From Lingula anatina (taxonomy: Eukaryota; Animalia; Brachiopoda), in NCBI GenBank assembly GCA_051362555.1, contig CM120643.1:21704848-21768847 (forward strand): a stretch of 64,000 nucleotides of DNA. Reading direction: 5' to 3'. A model generated the notes under the pieces. It worked only from the letters and a program-made list of their open reading frames with translations, had not been told where the DNA came from and did not search any database. A program made the translations under genes and the position numbers. Below are positions 54,259-64,000 of the stretch, piece after piece. The stretch's first letter is position 1, and every line of letters starts with the position of its first letter.

Positions 54259-54553
54259 AGGCAACTTAATGCTCTTATTTTGGCAGACAAGTAAATATCC
54301 TTGACCCTTACTGTTTGGAAACACCATTGCACGTTTCAGTGGCTGTTATGTGTAATTCTAAGATAGAGGACAAAATGTGTAAATTAGGTGTCCGAACAGA
54401 AAAAATCGTCAACTGAGAAAATCAAAAGTTAACTGAAAAAGAATTGAAGAAAGATTGATTTAAATTACACTTTTTGACGTCAACCAAAGTGGTTATATAC
54501 ACATTAAAGAGAACATGTGATATGACAGTTGTTTAATTTTAATATGTTACCCT
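54259..54553. mobile_element. Possible Kolobok-like MITE
   Basis: TTAA|AGGCAAC ... GTTACCCT|TTAA termini only. Confidence 0.35.
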
Positions 54554-54569
54554 TTAAATAGAAATAAAG

Positions 54570-54570
<1 letters not shown>

Positions 54571-54614
<44 letters not shown>
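54571..54614. repeat. (TTA)n microsatellite
   Basis: Direct inspection. Confidence 0.85.
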
Positions 54615-56198
54615 TGAACAGTGTAAATAGTACTAAAAGAAGGCTTCAAGTAACTCTGGACCCGGGAAATGTGTTCGAGTTACTCGAAGATATTGAATTT
54701 CAGCTTTTACCAACAAAATGAACCTTTCCACAATATTTTTTTCGAGACAAAAAGTTATTTGGGTAATGATGATAAAAATATTGATAATAGTAATCGATTT
54801 ATTATCAGATTAGTTGACACCCATAAAAACTCCCTAAAAATACTACCAAACTACAATGATCAAGACATTTGCTGTAAGGTGAGTTACGCAGGCGTAGTCT
54901 GTTACGTTTACATCCCACTGCACATTTTGTATAAAGTCACCCCACACTGTAGCCAAAGTTAATCAATAGTGAGGTTCAACGGTGGTCAAACATACTTATT
55001 GTGATTTACAAGTACGACATAAAACAAACAAACAAAACAGAAAAGCAGACCAATATACATTTAATGGTAAAAACCACTCGTGGTTTATCAAGTGTGACGA
55101 TAAGGAGGAGAACGGCTTACAAGCACACCTGCCCAAAAACGGCGCAGATACTTGAGATGTTACACGGGGCGTTTCAATGCACAATCAAGCTAGTGGTAAA
55201 ATTGGCACAGCCAACAAACTGGAAAATTGCATTAGTTGTTCCACACAAAGTCGCAATGCACAATCTGGTAATTAGCGCAGCTACGTCACCACTCGCACCT
55301 TACTCAGTGATGAAAAGTTGTCTGCTCTACATTGTAAATCAAGGGCAATATTTTGACGTCCAACATTAATTGTATATTGTAGAATATGTATAAGGCCTGA
55401 CCTTCCTTAAATCATAAAAAATCATATGGTTAAAACACCATGCCAAATGCATTACATTCCCTATAAAGTTATTAAGAATAATCCCTGCCATATGATTTAT
55501 TTAAAAAAAAAAACGCTTTAAATCGAAGTATATACACGGTATGACAAGAATGTTTTAAAAATAAAAAACATTATGTCTTCCACATCTGTCATCTTTAAAT
55601 TAAGCAAAATCGGGAGTAAAGAAGCGAGAAGCAGTTCAGTACTCGTTTTCCCTTGCTCGGTTGCCTATACGGGTTTATAATCTAGGCTGGAACTATGTTC
55701 ATAAAAGCCAGTAATGATAGCATAACTTTGAGCGACAAGGTTATTTTTAATGTGTTTATGGCACTTGCAAAAATGAGTCTAGGTACGATGACAGGCCGCA
55801 CAGGTGTCCCAGATTAACCGCCGGCAGAGAAGAGACCCCAAGCATAGAACAACACAACCTGTAGATACTGAAAATTTGGCAAAATTTGGCAACTGATCAT
55901 GATGCTTCATTGGATTTGAGCAGAAATCGAGAGGAATGTCCATTGTCATGCCAAACCCCTAAGTTCAGAACTTGGCCCTTGACACCAGTAACGCACCCCT
56001 TAGTCAAGAATCTGAACAAGACATCGTTAGGAAAGTATAATTTATTTTCTACCCTCGTTTTTGTGATTTTATCAACTTGGTTGTTAAGTGCCAGACCTTT
56101 TGTTCCCTGGGGTTAGTAGCAAATTTTGCCAGATAACAATGTGACACTAACGGCGCTGTCAATCCAGTTATCAATGCTGTCATCTTTACCGGTATCTA

Positions 56199-56436
56199 CA
56201 CACACTGGACAATAGAAGTGCCACCCCTACTGAACCAGTACTTTGGGGGAGATAAATGACTGTGGAATGATATGCTCCTGGTATCATTTTAGTAACATCA
56301 AATTTCACAAAAAGACCAGCAATACAATTCCATGGTACAGCGATTTTATACTCATTAGTCACATTATAAGTAGACCAGGCATTATAACTATGATTACTCT
56401 GATTCAGGGGGTGACACTTCTATTGTCTAGTGTGTG
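56199..56436. mobile_element. Tc1/mariner-like MITE (TA TSD)
   Basis: TA|CACACACTGGACAATAGAAGTG...CACTTCTATTGTCTAGTGTGTG|TA. A longer copy lies at 59464-59902. Confidence 0.8.
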
Positions 56437-56646
56437 TATATTATACCAGTAGTACGTTTCAGTAAGGAAACAAGCTGTGATGCTTATTATATTTTCATGC
56501 AATACTTTAGCATCAACCTATTAATGAAAACTTTGAACCTATAAGTATGCAATAACAGTATAATGATGACCGCTGTTATGATCAAATGATTTTTAGAAGA
56601 AATCATAAAAACAGATGATATGTGAAATATAAAATAGATTATTAAT

Positions 56647-56922
56647 GAAAATTATCAAACGCAAACCGAAAAACGTTAGCTAACGGCCAAACTGGACACA
56701 GGTCTTCGTCAGACTGATATGAGCAGACGCTGACACTCACTGACCGCTAGGTGGTAGAGCAGCCAGGACCCTTTTATAAAATTCAGGTAGATCGACCACC
56801 CTTCCCTTTGTAAGACATGAGTGTCACCATCTGGTCACATCAGTCTGAAGAAGGCGTACATCCAGGTTGGCGGCCGTAAGCTAACGGTATGAAAGTTTTT
56901 CGGCTTGTGTTTGATAATTTTC
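56647..56922. mobile_element. Hairpin MITE upstream of MOXD1-like copy 4
   Basis: Inverted repeats GAAAATTATCAAACGCAAACCGAAAAAC / GTTTTTCGGCTTGTGTTTGATAATTTTC, plus an inner IR pair (about 56702-56740 and 56818-56855). Confidence 0.7.
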
Positions 56923-57043
56923 CTTTATGATCCAACTAGCAAGCTACTGAACATTTTTGCCCATAAAATGAGTTAATTTAATTTGGGCTACTTTTGTTAT
57001 TTCAGTACGTTGACTCGCTATAACATTGCCTTTGTCACCTAGA

Positions 57044-57120
57044 TGACGTCATAGGGGAGGTGGAGCGTGAAAGTGAGATAAATAAATATAGATTACAGAC
57101 AACTGACCGGGCTATTTAAA
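57044..57120 (+). promoter_or_regulatory. Putative core promoter of copy 4: perfect CRE (TGACGTCA) plus TATA-like TATTTAAA
   Basis: TGACGTCA at 57044-57051 and TATTTAAA at 57113-57120, about 155 bp before the ATG at 57275. Confidence 0.45.
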
Positions 57121-57274
57121 GGACGACGTTCGAGCGAAAAGAAAATTAAACTATTTTCATCATCGTTCAAAGAGGCTGCCACCACTGATTAGCAGAGCTT
57201 CAAATATTCGAGACAAGAAAAGTAAGAGTTTGTAATTGACTGATAGAGCCCTCGTCCGTCTTTTCAAAGGAAAT

Positions 57275-59195
57275 ATGGGAGCCACAGAGTTTTTTCGATG
57301 GGATTTTAAGTTTATATGCATTTTACTGGCGACATATTTGAACAGGGCGGCTACCGTACAAGATTCTGGCGATGCTAGTCTGTTCACCCTCCATACAGCC
57401 CTGAGAGACGGGGATTACTACGTTCGCTGGAAAGTTAATGGAGAATACATAACGTTTGAGACCACTGCGCGAACTACAGGATACGTGGCCTTGGGATTTT
57501 CAACAAATGGCGGTATGGCAGGATCAGACATTATCATTGGATGGGTTAATGATGGCGAAGTCATAATACAGGTAAAAGAATCTATTTTTCTTTATAATTT
57601 GTATATGAGAAATACAAGAAAACCCTAATTTTCAGACTGTTCAACCTTTGTAAGGCTGTGTCCCACCTTGCGCAGACGTACGTACTGTATGTCTATCGCA
57701 TGTGACGGCGATTGCACACACAATTTTGAGCGTATGAAATCACCTTGCTTCCAGCGTACTGTAAGAAAAAAAAACATGCACAAGCAGCGTATGAATGTTT
57801 TTGAACGCGCTCAAAACATTTTATCTCCCTCCTGGTGTGCGAACGTACAGCGATGTCTGCCTGCATTCTCGAGAGAAGAGCGCCGGCGTAAATCTAACAA
57901 AGCCCTCGCTTTTGTCTGCGTCTGGGCATTTTTTTCTCAAAGTATGCGCTTGGTGTGATTGTATTCTGGACTGGAGGAAGAACTATGGCACACTTTTTTA
58001 ATGGTGAAAGAGGGCCAAATTTCGTCATCTCCACAGTCGCCAGTCCTTAGTAACAAGTGCTTTAGAAGTTGGTGTCCAACTTTCTGGTACACACATATCA
58101 CTTGACGATAAGAGAGAAGAAAGACACAAGAAGTTGGATAGCTTAAGGTTTTGATTTTCACCATTCACTTCCCGCAGTAAACATACCCTGCTTTTGACAT
58201 ACCCATATCATGTGCGTAGTAAATAAATTCAACGGTGGGACATTCAATCCGAACAATGGGCTTGTTAATATTTATGTAAATGACAGTCACCTTAGTAAGC
58301 ATTAAGCATGAATGATACTTTGGTATAAGTCAGTATATTCTTATTTACGATGTCCTTCATACCCTACACAGGATATGCCTCTTCCAAAAGATCCATTTGA
58401 CATGCACAGCTACATGTACATGTGCTATTTACCCTGATAAGCATTCGTCAGTGAGGAGAATACTTATAGCTTTGCATTATATTAACGAAACCTATGCACC
58501 TACTGCTTTCACTTATGCAAATGATGCAGACTACATAGTAAAGGCACTGGCCAGCACAAAGCATGCCTATCTTATCTGATCAGTGTTTGTCTCTTTTTGT
58601 CTCAGAAAACAAGACTCAAAATACCTTTGAATCAATAAATTAATATGACAGGCAATGTACGTCATCGCCGTTGTTTATCTTCCACCTGTTACATTGACCG
58701 CAGAGAGACCCCAAACGACACTCGTAAAACTATGCTACGCATACATGTATATCCTACTTCTTGTTTGACCATGGATATTTTTAGAAACGGGGGGACATGC
58801 AATACAGAATATGCGATGTGCTTTGGGGAGCCTGGGTCTCCCCATCCCTTTAGAGATGGGGATTGGTTAAGACCCCACTGGATAAGTACAAAAATATTAA
58901 ACATTCAAATTTTAATCTTAATCAAAATAGCAAAATAGCAGGGCGTTCAAGGTTTTCATTCCACCGGAATATTGATAATTATATCAATCGTTTCTTCTTA
59001 TTGATATTCATTTTAACACATTTTGGTGATTGTGACAGTGCTCTTTGTTTTTACGAAGAATACTACTCATTTTTCTTTTCTTTTTTAAATTCTCTAAGTC
59101 TAGTTTAAAATTTACAAAATTAATTGTTTTCAGTGAAAACTTCTAATAGATCAAACAAGGCCGACAAAGCTTTCAAAAACCTCATACAGTTGTGA

Positions 59196-59263
<68 letters not shown>

Positions 59264-59625
59264 ACTATATAGGATTACCATGCCATCGGTGAAGAGCAAC
59301 CGTTGCTAGATGAGAGCCAGGACGTGGAGGTATTGGGAGGGACTGACAACGGCACGTTTACCACATTGAGATTTAGACGAAAGCTGGAGACTTGTGACGA
59401 CAATGACTACACAATTACGGTAATTTTTATGTTCCTTCAGGCGTAGGGTCACAATGATACATACACACACTGGACAATAGAAGTGTCACCCCTACTGAAC
59501 CATTACTTTGGGGAGATAAATTACTGTGAAATGATATGCTCCTGGTATCATTTTATTAACATCAAATTTCACAAAAAAAAAAAAAAAAAAAAAAAAAAAA
59601 ACACAAAAAACACAAAAAAAAACGA

Positions 59626-59665
<40 letters not shown>

Positions 59666-62600
59666 GAGAACAAAATATACATTCTACCAAGATATACAGT
59701 TTAAAGTCCATATTGCCATATTGGAGGAAGACAGGAATAACATTTGCTGTACATGTACAAGACCAACAATACAATTCCATGGTATAGCGGTTTTATACTC
59801 ATTAGTCACATTATATGTAGATCAGGTATTATAACCACCCAAGATCTACCTACTTTTATTACTCTGATTTTAGGGGGTGACACTTCTACTGTCCAGTGTG
59901 TGTATGTATTAGGCTTCGTTCACATGCAATGTCTATTTTCTATTTTCTATTTTCTATTTTCGGTATGTCTTATGATCACGGTCTGTGCACTGAATATCCC
60001 GCCGCGTAATTACTGGCAGCGCGAGCCAGTTACTTATAGTAACTTATAGTAACTGGCTCGCGCTGCCAGTAATTACGCCGCGGGATATTCAGTGCACAGA
60101 CCGTGATCATAAGACATACCGAAAATAGAAAATAGAAAATAGAAAATAGACATTGCATGTGAACGAAGCCTTATTGTGACCCTACGCCGTTGTCTGGTTA
60201 AATCATTGTTTTTACCATACCTTTGAACTCACATGAACTTTCGGTTAGAAAAAAATAGATTCGTATATTTTCTCCGATGATTTTACCGGTTTAGGCTATT
60301 TGCATTACATGATGATTAAATTTTACGATAATAGTCACGGTGAAATACATACGCACTGGATACAGCCATTTGCGTGCGTTTATAAGTTTTCCACTTTTAG
60401 TGGAATAGTGAATAGTGCTGTGTCGGATGGATATGGACGTTTGTTTTAAGAAAATAAATACGTAGTGCACCAAACATTTGTGTACATTTTTTTTTGTCTT
60501 TCAGCTTTATTAAGAATAGCACCGGGCTATGTGCGAATCATTTATTTCTACTGGCGCTAAAGACATAAAACTCACCACAAAAACAATCCATTGCATGAGT
60601 GGTTGAAAATCACAAAGCCACAAATATCATAACACTGACCAAGGCTTTTCACACTCACGTGCATAAGTTACCTATGCTGTACCCATTTTGTAGGAGGGAA
60701 CAGTGCGCTTGTTGTGGGCGTTCCGTGACGGCGATCCAGACCCAGCCATTGGTCCTCAATATCACGTGACAAACCGTGGTGCCAAGAGTGCCTACCTACT
60801 GAATCCAGTAAAGAAAGAAGACGTGGAGCCTTTGCCTGATGACACTTATGCCATTGATATAATAAACGATAAGGTATTGACATATGTACAATGCTTCATA
60901 GTCTAAGAGGCACAACGAGGGGCGATTGGAATAATTTTATATTCGTTTTTGTTTCATAATGCCTAATACAGGTTCGTGGTTTATAACCATGGCACTACAT
61001 ACATGTAATATTGCTGTACATGAAGCATTTCAGCTTCAACTAGCAAATACCTCAGAGCGTAGACCTCCGCCTAGGCAATTCAATTCTCATAAATCATCCA
61101 TTAATTAGCTAATCAGTTAATTAATTAACCCAATTCTCATGATAATTAATTTCTATTTTTCAAATTAGTCTAAACTTATAATGTATGGTTCAAGGTATGA
61201 TCTCTCTTTCAGGTTCATATACAGAATAAAACTGATACCACGTACTGGTGCCAGGGATTCAAGTTACCAGAATTTAATGGAATACACCATTTGATAAGGG
61301 TAAGAAAAAACAAAATTTTTTTGTCATTTCAGGGTTAATGTAAATGAGAAATATGCGTGCAAGCATGTGTGTGTGGCTGGTGTGTGCGTGCGTGCTTACT
61401 TTTGGATACATTCTGCCCTTAATTTGGCTGTGATAGCTTTTTTACAAGTAGTACGCGTTTGGTTGGTTTCCTTAAAGTCGCGTTTTTTCCCCTCGATGAC
61501 GACGACACAGTCACAGCGGCAGTCTGGAGTGACGTACTTGTATGCAGGAATTCGAATAACATGAAAAGCGATATCTTTTGTGATACGAGGCTCGCAGCTG
61601 GGGGATACTGTATTTAAGCTTTTGCTCGTAATATTTATATTAAAAAATTTTTGCTCCGCGGACTGACAGATTCATTTTTCTTTAGTGTCTAGATTTTTTC
61701 TTAGCCCCTGTATCATTCCTTATTCGACCAGAAATGAAAAAAAAAAAAAAAACTGTAAATGTTAATCTGCTTTCAGATAGAGCCTATCATTCAACCGGGG
61801 CACGAAGCTTTGATCCACCACATTAACGTTTATGGCTGTTTTCACGATCTCAACCAAACGGACTTGCATTTAAAGGGAGGTGTCTGTAACACAGACAACA
61901 TGCCGGATGATTTCAAACAATGCAAAGTTTTAATAATGGGATGGGCGTTCGGTGGAGAGGTACGTACAAGTTCTATTTTATATTCAAATATATGCCCTGA
62001 TTTTCATAGGAGACCGTACGGTACTCTTTCGGAACTCAAGGTGAAAGAAAGTACGGTAAGCCTAGTAACAATTTCATTGAACATTCGTCTGTAAAAATGC
62101 TTATGTGTGTGAACTGCAAAAAAGGAGCCACTTCACTTCCAGATCGAGGTTCCTTTTGATCTCAGTGTGTGCTTTTCATGTACGCTTTCGCTTTTTATCT
62201 ATTTTCTCCCCTTTTTAACAGTGCTTAACACTATTTCAATATTTCTGGCAGGCTCACTCGTTCCCTCCTCACGTAGGCTTTCCGCTTGGAGGTCCTGACG
62301 ACCCACAATTTGTGAAATTAGAAGTGCATTACGATAACCCGACTCTGCGCGGTGGTAAGTACCGGTCCGGTAAATAAAAAAGCCTTTTTGGCTACTACTT
62401 AAAGTAATTATTATGTTTTTGTGTTCCCTTTTTTCTTACGAAGGTATGTGCATTTAGTTTCTTTTAGATATCGTCATAAACCTCGTTTTCAAAAATTCAA
62501 ACCATATGATCAAATTAGAGGGGTTTTAATGCATACATACATGCATACATGTGCTATAGAGTTACATACAAGTTATTAGCCGCAAGAAAATTAAATAAGG

Positions 62601-63692
62601 GTCTAAAACATAAAAAAGGTCAAATGAAACGAATAATTGATAATGATTACTTTTTTACATTACGAAAGTAAATAATTCGAAAAAAATGATTGAAAATGTC
62701 TAAAAATTAAGAAGATTAATTCATTCAATTTCAGATTACGTGGATTCTTCTGGTCTACGTTTTATCATGACACCACGACGTCGCCAGTATGATGCTGGTA
62801 TTCTTCTGACCGGTGTTAGTATCACTCGTGGATTTTTCTTCATCCCGCCACACTTCGAGAGTTTTTATGCATCTGGACAATGCTCCTCGGCTTCTATGTC
62901 AGAGGTTTGTCGTTTTTTTCTTTTTTCACCTTAGGTTGACATTTTTTCTTTTTACCCCATCATTGCCTATTTGCCCAGTCAATAATCACGATCTTACTTT
63001 GACAAACGGTAGAACTAGAGGCTTTTTTTCCATATTTCTAAATCCCGAAACGATACTGAAAGCGAAAGCACACTTAAAATGTTATTTGCTTTGACGTCAA
63101 GTTATCCTTACTTGGAGCTGATATTACTAATATAATTTTCGTAGGCGATGGCGTCCCAGCCGGATGGTATAAAGGTATTTGCTGTATGTCTCCACACACA
63201 TCTGACCGGAACTGGTGTATGGTTACGTCACATCCGGGATGGCGTTGAGTTGCCAAACATAATCGCCGATGATCACTACGACTTCAACTACCAAGGGCTG
63301 CACTATTTAAACAAAGAAGTGACAGTGCTTCCCGTTCGTATATTTTTGCTTATTTGTTTCTTTATTATTTTATATAGATGCTTCGACAATTTATTGTCCA
63401 TACAGCTACGATGATAATATAAGCTTATAGTCTATTGGAGTCTTCAAATTTTGCAAATTTTAGTTTCCGTTACTATATTTTGCGTTATTATATTAACTTG
63501 CATGTGGAGTTAACAAGATATCAAAGACTTAGAAAATCGAAGTTCTTTGCTTGAAGGTGTTAGATTTTTTTACAATGTTTACCGTGTAAAATACCCGGTA
63601 CTGACCCTTTAACATACTTCTGTTGGTTTCAGAATGACACCTTGGTTTCCACCTGTCGACACAAAACTACAGACCGCAACAACATAACATGG
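57275..63692 (+). CDS. MOXD1: Divergent DBH-like monooxygenase (MOXD1-like) copy 4, exons 1-9, truncated by window end
   Basis: Exons 57275-57571, 59273-59419, 60694-60873, 61213-61299, 61777-61959, 62252-62354, 62735-62904, 63145-63333, 63633-63692. Same intron positions and phases as copies 1-3. Motifs GYVALGFSTNGGMAGSDIIIGW, IHH, EVHYDNP, HTH and YDFNYQ. Confidence 0.9.
59198..59260. repeat. (TA)n microsatellite immediately upstream of the copy 4 exon 2 acceptor
   Basis: Direct inspection. Confidence 0.9.
59464..59902. mobile_element. Tc1/mariner-like MITE (family of 56199-56436) with internal poly-A/(CA)n
   Basis: TIRs CACACACTGGACAATAGAAGTGTCACCCCTA with TA flanks. Confidence 0.8.
59912..60170. 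mobile_element. Palindromic Harbinger-like MITE (copy of 48002-48258)
   Basis: Same hairpin sequence, TTA TSD at 59909-59911 and 60171-60173. Confidence 0.9.
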
Positions 63693-64000
63693 GTAAGTTG
63701 TCGGTTTCATTCGGATGATTGGGTTCATTTATTATCAGTAGTATTTTTCGCTTATTTTGTACTGCAATGTACTAAAACTATGGAAAAAAAATAACTGTCA
63801 TTAATTTTGCCCGGAAACCTTGTGGAAGAAAATGAAAAATGATGATGACCAAGCTTAATCCATACATTTCTACCCATTTTCTCAAAACTTAAATAGATTT
63901 TTTGCGATAAATTGTATTTTTGAATGCATATTGCAAAGTGTTTAAGGCAAATATATTATCTGAAACACAACACGACGAGCGGCATAATTGAAAGACAATC

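Noticed and set aside
57654-58245. Possible Harbinger MITE starting GGCTGTGTCCCAC
   Set aside because: Only a partial matching right end (GTGGGACA) and no TSD; boundaries cannot be supported.
1-64000. tRNA, rRNA or prokaryotic defence/operon systems
   Set aside because: No recognisable sequence; the window is spliced eukaryotic genes plus repeats.

Overview
Eukaryotic (invertebrate animal-like, AT-rich, intron-containing) genomic DNA. The + strand carries a tandem cluster of DBH-like copper monooxygenase (MOXD1-type: DOMON + Cu type II monooxygenase N/C domains) genes. These are the last exon of one copy (253-459), three complete 12-exon copies (3599-12940, 15915-26044, 28389-37070) and a more divergent copy that runs off the window end (57275->63692). 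A 3-exon AQP4/AQP1-like water channel gene lies on the - strand between them (40634-45972). Introns and spacers hold many transposon relics: a 5'-truncated RTE-type LINE with TSD, a decayed Tc1/mariner element with TIRs, and PIF/Harbinger-, hAT-, Tc1-, piggyBac- and Kolobok-like MITEs, several of them nested. Paralog comparison shows a duplication breakpoint, a rescued splice acceptor, a chimeric intron, apparent exon-restricted homogenisation and variable Thr/Pro stalks before a putative GPI signal. I found no convincing wholly novel system. The most interesting biology is the diversifying MOXD1 expansion. All exon models were read by hand from GT-AG boundaries and paralog alignment, not from expression data.
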